Assembly: GCA_938041455.1 (NCBI GenBank)
Contig: CALITO010000021.1
Coordinates: 11,909 to 75,908 of the forward strand
From: an uncultured bacterium
Lineage (GTDB): Bacteria; Armatimonadota; JACIXR01
Direction: 5' to 3'
Length of the DNA stretch: 64,000 nt
Position numbers and translations under genes: made by a program. The notes under the pieces are model-generated. The model worked only from the letters and a program-made list of their open reading frames with translations. It did not search any database and had not been told where the DNA came from. Of the stretch, positions 5,506 through 15,655 are shown piece by piece (the stretch's first letter is position 1; each line of letters opens with the position of its first letter).

Positions 5506-8106
5506 CTATCTCTTTTCAGTGGATAATTTATCTTGGAGTTCTTTCAGTTTATTAAGGGCTTCTATAGGCGTCAGGTTGGACAAATCAAGGCTTTTCAGTT
5601 CCTCCAGAACGGGGTGAGGCTCCAGTTCGAAAAGGGAAAGTTGCAATCTCTGGCGTTTGGTGGGAATCCTTTTATAAGAAGGTTGCTCCTCCCTTTCCAA
5701 CTCCTCTAAAATTTCCCTCGCCCGCTCCAACACTTCCTTAGGGACCCCAGCCAGACTGGCTACCTGGATACCATAAGACCTATCGGTTGCCCCGGGTCGT
5801 ATCTTGTAAAGGAAAATGATATTGCCTCCTTCCTCCTTGACATCCGCCCTTAAGTTCCTTACCCCCTCGTATTCCTTGGCCAATTTGTTCAGACGATGAT
5901 AGTGTGTAGCAAAGAGTGTGCGTGCTCCGATGCTATTGCTGAGGATATACTCCGCCACTGCCCAGGCGATGGATAACCCATCAAAAGTGGATGTTCCTCT
6001 TCCAATCTCGTCCAGCACGATCAGGCTCCTGCTCGTTGCGTTATTGAGGATATTGGCGACCTCGTTCATCTCCACCATAAAAGTGGATTGTCCCGAGGAG
6101 AGGTCATCCCTTGCCCCAATGCGGGTGAATATCCTATCCACGATGCCAATTTTCGCGTATTTCGCTGGGACAAATGAACCCACCTGCGCCATTAGAACTA
6201 TGAGGGCTACCTGACGGAGGTAAGTGGATTTGCCCGCCATATTGGGGCCGGTGATGATTAAAAGGCGTTTATCTCGGCAGTTCAGTTCCACATCGTTGGG
6301 CACGAACCTTCCCTCTTCCATAAAGCGTTCCACCACAGGGTGTCTTCCCTCTTTTATGACGATTTCATCGCTTTCATCTATAATAGGTCTATTGTAGTTA
6401 TAGCGAGCGGCGACCTCGGCCAAGGATTGTAATGCATCTAATTCAGCGACCGCTCTTGCCACCCCTAAAATCTCCTCAGCCCGCCTCATCACTTCCTCCC
6501 TCAGGGAAATGAAGAGCTCGTATTCCAACTCCCCCATCCTTTCCTCCGCTCCTAAAACTTTTGCCTCTAATTCCTTCAAAGGTTCCGTTATGAATCTCTC
6601 CGCATTGACGAGCGTTTGCTTCCTTATGTAATCCTTGGGAACGAGGTGGAGATTGGGCTTCGTCACCTCAATATAATAGCCGAAAACGGCATTATAGCCT
6701 ATCTTTAGGGATTTGATGCCCGTGCGGAGACGTTCCTGGTTCTCCATCTTCGCTATCCATTCCTTGCCCTGGGAAGCTGCCTCCCGCAACTCGTCCAATT
6801 CCTTACTGAAGCCCTCTTTTATTATGCCTCCCTCTCTCAAAGTAGCGGGAGCATCTTCCCTGAGAGCCCTATCTAGAAGAGAATAAAGGTCTGGAAGAGG
6901 GTTGAGCCTCTCCTTGATCTCCTCCAGCAGTTGGCTTTTCATAGCCTCCAGATGGGGTGAAATAGCCGATATACTTCCCAATGCCCTCTTCAAGATCAGC
7001 AAGTCCTTAGGGGAAGCAACGCCGGTTGCGCATCTCCCCACTATCCTTTCCATATCACCTATTGATTTCAAGCCCTCCCTCAACCAAGCCCTTATCCTTC
7101 CCTGATGGTAAAGTTCCTCAACTGCGTCCAGCCTGCTCTCTATCTCCGTCTTTAAGAGAAGCGGCTGTTCAACCCATTTTCTCAAGAGCCTGCTACCCAT
7201 AGGGGTGAGGGTTGAATCCAGGATACCTAACAGACTCCTTTCCCTTGAGCCTTCAAAGGATTCCGTCACCTCCAAGGTTCGTCTTGCTATCCCATCCACC
7301 ATCATAAACTGCTGGGGGAAGTAAAGGGATATGGTGTTGATATGGCGAAGGGAGGAAAGGTGTGTCTTCCTTAAATAGAAAAGAATCATAGCGCAGGCTT
7401 CCTGAACAAGGGGATATTCTTCCACACCGAAACCACGAAGGGAAGAAACCTGAAAATGCTCCAAAAGGATTTGGCGGGGGGATTGGAGTATGAAGGGATC
7501 TTCCTCCAAGTAAGTAACGGTTGTCCCGGAGGGCACTCTGCTCGCCAATTCTTCCTCCTCAGGGAGGAGCAGGAGTTCTGCGGGGGAAATTCTCTGTAAT
7601 TCTTCCCAGAGGAATCTTTGTCCCTTTATATTCGTTCCCACAAGTTCTCCCGTGGAGACATCGGTGATAGCAAGCCCGAATTCGTCCTCCTCCCTCGCTA
7701 TAGCGGCGAGGAAACTGCTCCTCCTCGCTTCCAGCATAGTCTCTTCCACTACTGTCCCCGGCGTCACTATTCTGGTGACCGCCCTTTTCACCAATCCCTT
7801 TGCCTTTGCTGGGTCCTCCATCTGCTCACATATAGCGACTTTATGCCCCCGAGAAAGGAGACGGGCTATATATCTTTCCACTGCGTGATAGGGAACACCA
7901 CACATAGGTATGCGTTTGCCCTTTCCCGCTTCCCGGGAGGTCAAAACGAGGTCCAATTCACGGGAGGCTATCTCGGCATCCTTCCCGAACATCTCATAAA
8001 AATCACCAAGACGAAACATCAGAATGACATCGGGATACTGGGACTTTATTGAATGATACTGCCTGAAAAGAGGGGTTAAACTATCCTTTTCCTTCTCTTT
8101 CTTCAT
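5506..8106 (-). CDS. mutS: DNA mismatch repair protein MutS
   Basis: 866 aa. The N-terminal mismatch-binding region reads TPLFRQYHSIKSQYPDVILMFRLGDFYEMFGKDA. The Walker A motif is GPNMAGKSTYLRQ and the C-terminal ABC ATPase region is present. Confidence 0.92.
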   Translation of the reverse strand: MKKEKEKDSLTPLFRQYHSIKSQYPDVILMFRLGDFYEMFGKDAEIASRELDLVLTSREAGKGKRIPMCGVPYHAVERYIARLLSRGHKVAICEQMEDPAKAKGLVKRAVTRIVTPGTVVEETMLEARRSSFLAAIAREEDEFGLAITDVSTGELVGTNIKGQRFLWEELQRISPAELLLLPEEEELASRVPSGTTVTYLEEDPFILQSPRQILLEHFQVSSLRGFGVEEYPLVQEACAMILFYLRKTHLSSLRHINTISLYFPQQFMMVDGIARRTLEVTESFEGSRERSLLGILDSTLTPMGSRLLRKWVEQPLLLKTEIESRLDAVEELYHQGRIRAWLREGLKSIGDMERIVGRCATGVASPKDLLILKRALGSISAISPHLEAMKSQLLEEIKERLNPLPDLYSLLDRALREDAPATLREGGIIKEGFSKELDELREAASQGKEWIAKMENQERLRTGIKSLKIGYNAVFGYYIEVTKPNLHLVPKDYIRKQTLVNAERFITEPLKELEAKVLGAEERMGELEYELFISLREEVMRRAEEILGVARAVAELDALQSLAEVAARYNYNRPIIDESDEIVIKEGRHPVVERFMEEGRFVPNDVELNCRDKRLLIITGPNMAGKSTYLRQVALIVLMAQVGSFVPAKYAKIGIVDRIFTRIGARDDLSSGQSTFMVEMNEVANILNNATSRSLIVLDEIGRGTSTFDGLSIAWAVAEYILSNSIGARTLFATHYHRLNKLAKEYEGVRNLRADVKEEGGNIIFLYKIRPGATDRSYGIQVASLAGVPKEVLERAREILEELEREEQPSYKRIPTKRQRLQLSLFELEPHPVLEELKSLDLSNLTPIEALNKLKELQDKLSTEKR

Positions 8107-9400
8107 CTTCTATCTTTCCCCTAAATCCCCAGAGAAAAGCCTCCTCCGCCTTCACCCGGAGGAGTTTCCCTATGAGTTTCTTATTGCCAGGGAAAATGAC
8201 AGTCTTATGCTCCCTCGTCTTTCCCATAAGGAGCCCCTTCCCCTTAGGGTCTTCTCCCTCTACGAGCACCTCCATACTTCTGCCCACTAGTCTCATGTTC
8301 TTTCTCCTGCTTATCTCGTTCTGAAGCACTATCAATTCCCTTAAGCGGCTCATTTTCTCCTCTTGCTCCACTTGTTCGGGTAGTTTCTCAGCCAAAGTCC
8401 CGGGGCGAGGAGAAAAAGCGAACATAAAAGCCTGGTCGAATTCTATCTCCTCAAATGTCCGTAGGGTATTGCGGAACTCTTCCTTACCTTCCCCCGGAAA
8501 ACCAACCATCACATCAGTGGTAAGGGAGACATCGGGGATCCTTTCCCTTATCTTCCTCACCAGTTCCTTATAGTATGAGACTGTGTAGCCTCTCCTCATC
8601 AACTGGAGAATCTTGTCATCCCCCGCTTGGATGGGGAGGTGAATCCAATGGCACACTTGAGGAACGGAAGCAATGGCTTCTATGAGTTGGGGGGAGAAGT
8701 CCCTTGGATGGGATGTGGTGAATTTTATCCTCTTGATGGGTAATTTTCCCAAAGCATAGAGAAGGTCGGGAAAAGAACGAGTATTTCCCAAATCCTTACC
8801 GTAAGCGTTTACATTCTGCCCCAGTAGGATTATCTCTATTACCCCCTCATCTACCAATCTTTTAGCCTCCTCTACTATCTCCTCAAGTGGTCTACTTCTT
8901 TCTCTTCCCCTTACAAAGGGGACAATACAATAGGAGCAGAAATTATTACATCCGAAGATGATGGGTAAGTAGGCTTGGAAGTTTTTCTCTCTCAAGGTAG
9001 GGAGGGGGGGAGAACAGCCATTTATATCCAACGCTACTATCTTTTTTGTTCTCGCTTCCTCCACTATGGAGGCGATATTCTGCACTTGTCCCGTGCCGAG
9101 GAGGAAATCAACAGCGGGGAAGCGGTGGAGGAGTTCCTCTCCCATCCTCTGCGCCATACAGCCCGCCACCCCCAAGAGGATATGGGGTTTCTGGGTCTTC
9201 AGTTTGGCAAGATAGCCCAGCTCACTGAGGGCTTTTTCCTCCGGCTTCTTTCTTACTGAGCAAGTGTTGATTATGAGTAGGTCGGCATCAAGTGGGGAAG
9301 AGGAAGGTTCCCAGCCTTTTTGACGGAGGATTCCCAACATCGCCTGGCTATCCCACTCGTTCATTTGGCAGCCGAAAGTATCTATCCAAACCTTGGGCAT
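8081..9400 (-). CDS. miaB: tRNA-2-methylthio-N6-dimethylallyladenosine synthase MiaB (radical SAM methylthiotransferase)
   Basis: MPKVWIDTFGCQMNEWDSQAM is the MTTase N-terminal Cys triad region, CSYCIVPFVRGRE is the radical SAM motif, and a TRAM C-terminus is present. The ORF track starts at a TTG at 9439. The ATG at 9400 (MPKVW) matches the family N-terminus better, but neither start has a good RBS. Confidence 0.85.
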   Translation of the reverse strand: MPKVWIDTFGCQMNEWDSQAMLGILRQKGWEPSSSPLDADLLIINTCSVRKKPEEKALSELGYLAKLKTQKPHILLGVAGCMAQRMGEELLHRFPAVDFLLGTGQVQNIASIVEEARTKKIVALDINGCSPPLPTLREKNFQAYLPIIFGCNNFCSYCIVPFVRGRERSRPLEEIVEEAKRLVDEGVIEIILLGQNVNAYGKDLGNTRSFPDLLYALGKLPIKRIKFTTSHPRDFSPQLIEAIASVPQVCHWIHLPIQAGDDKILQLMRRGYTVSYYKELVRKIRERIPDVSLTTDVMVGFPGEGKEEFRNTLRTFEEIEFDQAFMFAFSPRPGTLAEKLPEQVEQEEKMSRLRELIVLQNEISRRKNMRLVGRSMEVLVEGEDPKGKGLLMGKTREHKTVIFPGNKKLIGKLLRVKAEEAFLWGFRGKIEDEEREGKG

Positions 9401-9503
9401 TTCTTGATAAATTTTAACTCGCCGGAATAAGCAAGGCAAGAGGAGGTATACTTCCCTCCCTTTGTTTGCTATTAGTGAAAGAAAATGTTATAATTGAGTT
9501 AAA

Positions 9504-11324
9504 GTGGAAAGAAGAAACTCTAGCCTGATATTTTTGATGTTGTTCTTTTTCTTCCTCATTCTATTGATGAGGGGTTCAATTACCTACAATATGGGGGTGG
9601 AGAAGTATGGGTATAGTGAGTTCCTTGAAAAGGTTGAGAAAGGGGAAGTATTGAAGTGCGTAATTGGAAGGGGGGAGGTAAGTGGGGAACTCAAAAATGG
9701 CACCCACTTCATCACACGGTTTCTTCCCGAGTTAGTAGGACCGGAGTTGGAAAAAACGCTGAAGAAGAACGGCGTTCGTTTCACTTATAGGACTCCCCTT
9801 CTATCCGAGGGTTGGCAGAATCTCCTCTTTTACCTTATTCTGCCCATTTTCGTCCTTGTAATCTTCTGGTCCTTGTTCTTACGGGGGATGCAAGCGGGGA
9901 ATAGGGAGGCTTTCACATTTGCGAGAAGTAGGGCCAGGAAATATACCCCTGCGAACATTCCCCGAGTGACCTTCAATGATGTAGCGGGAGCAGATGAGGC
10001 GAAGCAGGAGCTACAAGAGATAGTGGAGTTTCTCAAAAATCCCCGCAAGTTTCAAGCTTTGGGCGCTAAGATACCGAAAGGAGTTCTTCTTTATGGACCG
10101 CCAGGTTGTGGAAAAACCCTTCTGGCGAGGGCTGTTGCTGGGGAGGCGAATGTTCCTTTCTTCCACATCTCCGGTTCGGAATTCGTGGAGATGTTTGTGG
10201 GGGTGGGAGCAGCGAGGGTGAGGGACCTCTTCGACCAGGCTAAAGCAAATGCTCCCTGCCTTATCTTCATAGACGAGATAGATGCTGTAGGAAGGCAGAG
10301 GGGCACGGGATTGGGCGGTGGACATGATGAGAGGGAGCAGACGCTGAATCAGATATTGGCGGAAATGGACGGCTTCGATCCCAATATAGGTGTCATAGTG
10401 CTCGCCGCAACGAACCGTCCGGATGTCTTGGACCCCGCCCTCCTCCGGCCGGGAAGATTCGACCGCCATATCGTAATAGACCATCCCGATTTGAAAGGGC
10501 GTCTGGAAATCCTCAAGGTGCATACTCAAAATAAACCTCTCGGGGAGGATGTGGACCTGGAAATGATTGCTCGGAGGACGCCGGGCTTCTCCGGTGCCGA
10601 TTTGGCTAACTTGGTGAACGAGGCAGCCCTCCTAGCGGCGAGGTTGGGGAAACATAAGATAACGATGTCCGAAATGGAGGAGGCGATAGAGAGGGTGGTG
10701 GCCGGTCCCCAGAGAAGAAGCAGAGTTATAAGCGAGAAGGAAAAGAAATTGGTTGCCTACCACGAGGTAGGGCACGCACTCGTCGCTAAAATGTTGCCCA
10801 ATGCTAATCCCGTGCATAAGATATCCATCTTACCCAGGGGTATGGCTCTGGGATATACCCTTCAATTCCCCGAGCAGGATAAATACATAATTACAAAATC
10901 AGAGCTAATGGATGAACTCTCCGCCCTTTTAGCGGGAAGGGCAGCGGAGGAAATAGTATTTGGGGAGACGACAACAGGGGCACAGAACGACCTCCAAAGG
11001 GCAACGGATATAGCAAGGCGGATGGTATGCGAACTGGGGATGTCGGAAAGAATAGGACCAATAACCCTTGGAAGAAGACATGGAAACCCCTTCCTGGGTA
11101 GGGATATATTTGAGGATAGGAATTACTCCGATGAAGTAGCGAGGTTGATAGATGAGGAGGTGAAGAACATAATAGAAACGAACTACAAAAGGGCGGAGGA
11201 AATACTGCGGGAAAATAGGGATGTGTTGGAGAAGTTGGTGGGGATACTACTCCAAAAAGAAACGCTTGAGAAAGAGGAGATAGACCGTATTCTATCCGAT
11301 GGGGAAGATTCTCAGCAGTCCTAA
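9504..11324 (+). CDS. ftsH: ATP-dependent zinc metalloprotease FtsH
   Basis: There is an N-terminal TM segment, then the AAA+ Walker A motif [18 protein letters not shown], the second region of homology, the zinc motif HEVGHAL, and the C-terminal helical domain. Confidence 0.92.
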   Translation: MERRNSSLIFLMLFFFFLILLMRGSITYNMGVEKYGYSEFLEKVEKGEVLKCVIGRGEVSGELKNGTHFITRFLPELVGPELEKTLKKNGVRFTYRTPLLSEGWQNLLFYLILPIFVLVIFWSLFLRGMQAGNREAFTFARSRARKYTPANIPRVTFNDVAGADEAKQELQEIVEFLKNPRKFQALGAKIPKGVLLYGPPGCGKTLLARAVAGEANVPFFHISGSEFVEMFVGVGAARVRDLFDQAKANAPCLIFIDEIDAVGRQRGTGLGGGHDEREQTLNQILAEMDGFDPNIGVIVLAATNRPDVLDPALLRPGRFDRHIVIDHPDLKGRLEILKVHTQNKPLGEDVDLEMIARRTPGFSGADLANLVNEAALLAARLGKHKITMSEMEEAIERVVAGPQRRSRVISEKEKKLVAYHEVGHALVAKMLPNANPVHKISILPRGMALGYTLQFPEQDKYIITKSELMDELSALLAGRAAEEIVFGETTTGAQNDLQRATDIARRMVCELGMSERIGPITLGRRHGNPFLGRDIFEDRNYSDEVARLIDEEVKNIIETNYKRAEEILRENRDVLEKLVGILLQKETLEKEEIDRILSDGEDSQQS

Positions 11325-12186
11325 CTTCAGCGAGGGAAGTTCTCCCCAGATACTGGAGGAAATCGTTTCACTTGCGAGAAATAAGAAAAATGTCAAGTTA
11401 ATAGATTACTCCTCTGACGCCGACCATAACCGTTCCGTAGTGAGTATTATAGGGGAAGCGGAGGCTGTTATTGAAGTGCTCTTAGAAATGTCCCGCAAGG
11501 CGGTTTCCCTTATAAACTTGAATAACCACAAGGGACAGCATCCTCGGTGTGGAGCTATAGATGTGATTCCTCTTATTCCCCTTCAGGGAATTAGCCTGGA
11601 GGAATGTGTTCGTATTGCTCACAAATTAGGGGAGCGTTTAGCAGAGGAGCTCGGGCTTCCCGTCTACTTCTATGGTGAGGCGGCGTTCAGGGAGGAGAGG
11701 AGAGACCTCTCCGATGTGAGAAGAGGTGGGTTAGAAGCAATGGCGGAGGATATGAGACAAGGAAAGAGATTGCCCGATATAGGTCCACCCAGTCCCCATC
11801 CCACCGCTGGATGTGTGATTGTTGGGGTGCGCGACTTCCTCGTTGCCTTCAATGTTAATCTCGCCACTTCAAACCTTGATATAGCAAGGAGAATTGCCTC
11901 CCTTGTGAGGGAGAGGGGTGGTGGATTGGTGGGTGTGAAGGCGCTCGGCATAGACCTCCCATCAAGAGGTAAGGTGCAGGTCTCTATGAATATAACGATG
12001 CCCCTTAAAACGCCCTTATATAGAGTGCTTGAGTTGGTCAAATTGGAGGCTAAACGCTATGGAGTGGAGGTGGAATCCACGGAGATAGTAGGTCCTGTTC
12101 CCCTCAAAGTGCTTATTGAAACTCTTTCTTATTATCTTTCCCTAAGGGATTTCAAAATAGAACAGATAGTAGATATCCATATATAA
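11299..12186 (+). CDS. ftcD: Glutamate formimidoyltransferase (FtcD formiminotransferase domain), 295 aa
   Basis: The N-terminus [13 protein letters not shown] matches the family hallmark (L)VECVPNFSEG(R). Its size matches the FT domain. It overlaps the ftsH 3' end by 26 nt. Confidence 0.65.
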   Translation: MGKILSSPNFSEGSSPQILEEIVSLARNKKNVKLIDYSSDADHNRSVVSIIGEAEAVIEVLLEMSRKAVSLINLNNHKGQHPRCGAIDVIPLIPLQGISLEECVRIAHKLGERLAEELGLPVYFYGEAAFREERRDLSDVRRGGLEAMAEDMRQGKRLPDIGPPSPHPTAGCVIVGVRDFLVAFNVNLATSNLDIARRIASLVRERGGGLVGVKALGIDLPSRGKVQVSMNITMPLKTPLYRVLELVKLEAKRYGVEVESTEIVGPVPLKVLIETLSYYLSLRDFKIEQIVDIHI

Positions 12187-12191
12187 AAGGA

Positions 12192-12752
12192 GTGATCTCC
12201 CCCGTGGATAAAGAGAGAATAGAAAAGGCTGTGAGAGAGATACTGTTTGCTATAGGGGAGAATCCGGAGCGTGAGGGGTTGAGGGAAACCCCAAGAAGGG
12301 TGGCGGAGGCGATGGAGGAATTATTGAAGGGATATGAGTTGAAGGAAGACGATTTCACCGTCTTTCAAAACCAATCCCAAGAAACAGTGATATTAAGAGA
12401 TATCCCCTTCTTTTCCCTCTGTGAGCACCATCTCCTACCTTTTATCGGCAAGGCACATATCGCTTATATACCCCAGGGCAAGATAGCGGGAGTAAGCAAG
12501 CTCGTGCGCGTAGTGGATAAGTATGCCCACAGGTTGCAAGTGCAGGAGAGATTGACCGAGGAGATAACGAATGAACTTTGGGAGAAGGTCCAGCCGAAGG
12601 GCTTGTTGGTGCTATTGGAAGCTGAGCATCTATGTATGACATTAAGGGGGGTGAGGAGTCCGGGTTCGCTCGTGGTGACGCTGGGGGTAAGAGGGATATA
12701 CGAGGAACAGGAATCTCTGCGTAATGCAGTGCTCTCTTTGTTAGGAAGATGA
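12192..12752 (+). CDS. folE: GTP cyclohydrolase I FolE
   Basis: 186 aa. GLRETPRRVAEAMEELLKGY, the CEHHLLPF zinc/active-site motif and the QERLT motif are present. Confidence 0.9.
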   Translation: MISPVDKERIEKAVREILFAIGENPEREGLRETPRRVAEAMEELLKGYELKEDDFTVFQNQSQETVILRDIPFFSLCEHHLLPFIGKAHIAYIPQGKIAGVSKLVRVVDKYAHRLQVQERLTEEITNELWEKVQPKGLLVLLEAEHLCMTLRGVRSPGSLVVTLGVRGIYEEQESLRNAVLSLLGR

Positions 12753-13960
12753 GAGGGATAAGGATTTTGGAGATAGCGAAAGAGGAACTATCAAGGGAGA
12801 TGAAGAGGGTGGGGGCATCGGAGGAAGGGATCAAGCGTATGCTTCCCAAAGGGGAGTTCGTCAAAATTTTCCTGCCCGGTATTCCTTATACCATAGCAAA
12901 CATAATTAAACAGAAGATGCTTTCTTTAGGGGGGGAAACCGCAGTATCAAGGGATACTGTTAAGGGAGGGGAAGGGGTGACGGATTGTCTTATTTTGGGC
13001 ACAGGAAAGCAGATAGAAGAATTGATAACTTATCTCAAAGAGCAGCCATTTTCCACCCTTAGGGAAATCGTTGAGGAATTGGAGACGGTTAGGGGGAATT
13101 ATGGAAAGAAAGAGTGGCTTTTGCCCTTCCCACGCCATCCCTTAGCGATTAGAGGAAAGCCTTTAATAATGGGTATTCTCAATGTCACTCCCGATTCCTT
13201 TTATGATGGTGGGAGATATAGCAGAGTTGAGTTAGCCTTAAATTGGGCTGAGAAGATGGTGGAAGAAGGAGCTGATATAATAGATGTGGGAGGGGAATCC
13301 ACTCGTCCAGGGTCAGAGAGGGTGAGTGTGGAGGAGGAATTAAGGAGGGTCTTACCAGTAGTCAAGGAACTAGTGAAAAGGATAGATGTGCCAATATCCA
13401 TTGATACATATAAGGCCGAGGTCGCTCGTTTAGCAATAGAGGAAGGGGCGGAGATGGTGAACGATATAAGCGCTATGAGATTTGACAAGGAGATGGTGGA
13501 GGTAGTGAGGGAGAGGGAGGTGCCGGTGGTGCTTATGCATATGAAGGGAACTCCTAAGGATATGCAAGAGAATCCTTTTTATGTGGATGTGATGGGCGAG
13601 ATATATGAGTTCCTTTTGCGTAGAGCGGAATGGGCTATGGGAAAGGGAATAAAGAAGGAGAACATAGTTATTGACCCTGGAATCGGCTTTGGGAAAAGGA
13701 CGATCGACAATTTAGAAATCATAAGGCGCCTGCCGGAGTTGAAATCCTTGGGCTTTCCTATTCTCATAGGTCCGTCTCGCAAATCGTTCATAGGAAACAT
13801 CTTAGGAGGGTTGCCACCTGAGGAGCGTTTGGAGGGCACCGCTTCCGCGGTTGCTATAGCGGTGCTCAAGGGGGCGAATATAATAAGGGTGCACGATGTG
13901 GGGGCTATGAAGAAAGTAGTGGAGGTAGCCTACGCAATATCTGGGGAAGAGGATAAATAA
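12749..13960 (+). CDS. folP: Dihydropteroate synthase FolP with a ~125-aa N-terminal extension of unknown function
   Basis: The pterin-binding DHPS core begins near residue 125 (PLIMGILNVTPDSFYDGGRY...DVGGESTRPG...VNDISAMRFD...SIGPSRKSFIG). The preceding 125 residues are not part of the canonical DHPS fold. Confidence 0.85.
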   Translation: MRGIRILEIAKEELSREMKRVGASEEGIKRMLPKGEFVKIFLPGIPYTIANIIKQKMLSLGGETAVSRDTVKGGEGVTDCLILGTGKQIEELITYLKEQPFSTLREIVEELETVRGNYGKKEWLLPFPRHPLAIRGKPLIMGILNVTPDSFYDGGRYSRVELALNWAEKMVEEGADIIDVGGESTRPGSERVSVEEELRRVLPVVKELVKRIDVPISIDTYKAEVARLAIEEGAEMVNDISAMRFDKEMVEVVREREVPVVLMHMKGTPKDMQENPFYVDVMGEIYEFLLRRAEWAMGKGIKKENIVIDPGIGFGKRTIDNLEIIRRLPELKSLGFPILIGPSRKSFIGNILGGLPPEERLEGTASAVAIAVLKGANIIRVHDVGAMKKVVEVAYAISGEEDK

Positions 13961-14075
13961 GAGGCGAGGGTGGTTCTTAACTGTCAGTTTCCTGCTGGCA
14001 TACCCCATTTTATTTTGACTTTTACCTCCTCCTTCTTTATATTTCTAATATGAATCTTTGAAGGAGGTCCCTTTT

Positions 14076-14588
14076 ATGAGGATTAAAGGATATGCGCGGC
14101 GCCTACCCATAGACGATGATATAAACACGGATTACATAATATCGGGGCGTTATAAATTCCAAACAGAGGATATATCTCAAATGGCGCGCCATATATTTGA
14201 GGATTTAGATCCCAACTTTTACGAGAAAATTAAGGAGGGTGACATCGTTGTAGCGGGAAAAAACTTTGGCTGCGGTTCCTCCAGGGAGCAGGCTCCCCGT
14301 GCTCTAAAAGCAGCTGGGCTATCCTGCGTAGTTGCTAAATCATTCGCCCGCATATTCTACCGCAATTGCATCAATATCGGGTTCCCTTTGGTAGAGGCGG
14401 ATACCACCGATATAAGGGATGGTGAACCCTTAGAGATAGACTTGGATAAAGGTATAATCTACCTTCCAGAGAGGGGTAAGAAAATCCCCTTTAAGCCCTT
14501 ACCCCCCTTTATGCAAAAGCTCCTTCAGGATGGAGGGCTTGTGCCCCACCTCCTCAAACACAAAGGGTTCTTGATAGAAGAAAAGTAG
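14076..14588 (+). CDS. leuD: Aconitase-family small (swivel) subunit, archaeal-type LeuD-like (3-isopropylmalate/homoaconitate dehydratase small subunit)
   Basis: The [14 protein letters not shown]...[14 protein letters not shown] motif is diagnostic of LeuD-type small subunits. The ATG at 14076 has a GAAGGAGG RBS 9 nt upstream. The TTG start at 14058 used by the ORF track overlaps that RBS. Confidence 0.8.
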   Translation: MRIKGYARRLPIDDDINTDYIISGRYKFQTEDISQMARHIFEDLDPNFYEKIKEGDIVVAGKNFGCGSSREQAPRALKAAGLSCVVAKSFARIFYRNCINIGFPLVEADTTDIRDGEPLEIDLDKGIIYLPERGKKIPFKPLPPFMQKLLQDGGLVPHLLKHKGFLIEEK

Positions 14589-14605
14589 AGAAAGGAGGTT
14601 AGGAA

Positions 14606-15655
14606 ATGTATAGAGTAACATTTATCCCCGGAGACGGAGTGGGACCAGATGTTGCTTACTCAGCGAGGAAGGTCGTGGAAGCAAGTGGTGTCCAAGTGGA
14701 ATGGGAGGAGAAGATAGCTGGTGAACCAGCAATTGAAAAATATAACACCCCACTCCCTGACGATACACTGGAATCCATTAAAAGAAACAAAGTTGCCCTT
14801 AAGGGACCCATAACCACTCCCATAGGGGAAGGGTACCGTTCCGTCAATGTCCTCCTTCGCCAGCTCCTCAACCTCTATGCCTGCTTACGTCCTGCTCGTT
14901 CTATTCCAGGCATCAAGACCTCTTTCCCCAATGTAGATTTGGTGATAGTAAGGGAAAATACAGAGGATGTTTACAGTGGCGTGGAATTTCCCCCTCATTC
15001 TGAGGAAGCGAAGAAAATCATAGCACTTTGCGAGGGAAAAGTGCGCGAGGATTCCGCCATAACATTGAAACCAATCTCATTCTATGCCTCCGAGAAAATA
15101 GTTAGGTTCGCATTCCGTTATGCCCTTGAACATAATCGCAAGAAGGTCACCTGTGTCACAAAAGCAAACATTATGAAGTTCACCGATGGGCTCTTTTTAG
15201 AAGCAGCAAGAAAAGTAGCGAAGGAATTTCCCCAAATAGAGTTTGAGGAACGTCTCGTGGACAATATGGCTATGCAACTCGTTCAGAAACCTCATCTTTA
15301 CGATGTCATCGTGACTCCCAACCTTTACGGGGATATATTATCTGACCTTTGCGCTGGACTAATAGGTGGGCTCGGGGTTGCCCCAGGCGCTAATATGGGG
15401 GATGACGCGGCGGTTTTCGAACCAGTGCACGGCAGTGCCCCCAAGTATAAGGGGATGAACAAGGTGAATCCCACCGCCGCTATCCTCTCCGCAGCTATGA
15501 TGCTTGATTACCTCGGGGAGAAGTCCGCAAGCCAGAGAATAGAAAAAGCGGTAAGGGCAGTTATATCTGAGGGTAAGTGGCTTACATATGATTTGGGAGG
15601 TAGCGCCTCTACAACAGATATGACGGAGGCGATAATAGATAAAATAGGTGAATGA
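14606..15655 (+). CDS. Isocitrate/3-isopropylmalate dehydrogenase family beta-decarboxylating dehydrogenase (LeuB, homoisocitrate DH or Icd-like)
   Basis: 349 aa. The N-terminal Rossmann-like region is [13 protein letters not shown], and the motifs [19 protein letters not shown] and SAPKYKG are present. A strong RBS reads GAAAGGAGG. Confidence 0.85.
   Translation: MYRVTFIPGDGVGPDVAYSARKVVEASGVQVEWEEKIAGEPAIEKYNTPLPDDTLESIKRNKVALKGPITTPIGEGYRSVNVLLRQLLNLYACLRPARSIPGIKTSFPNVDLVIVRENTEDVYSGVEFPPHSEEAKKIIALCEGKVREDSAITLKPISFYASEKIVRFAFRYALEHNRKKVTCVTKANIMKFTDGLFLEAARKVAKEFPQIEFEERLVDNMAMQLVQKPHLYDVIVTPNLYGDILSDLCAGLIGGLGVAPGANMGDDAAVFEPVHGSAPKYKGMNKVNPTAAILSAAMMLDYLGEKSASQRIEKAVRAVISEGKWLTYDLGGSASTTDMTEAIIDKIGE

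Noticed and set aside
5496-5555. 19-codon hydrophobic ORF (MEVAISFQWIIYLGVLSVY) with an AAAGGAG 14 nt upstream. It was checked as a possible RiPP precursor near the rSAM operon.
   Set aside because: It is on the opposite strand to the rSAM genes and overlaps the mutS 3' end. It has no Cys and no leader-like region, and the RBS spacing is long. It is most likely spurious.
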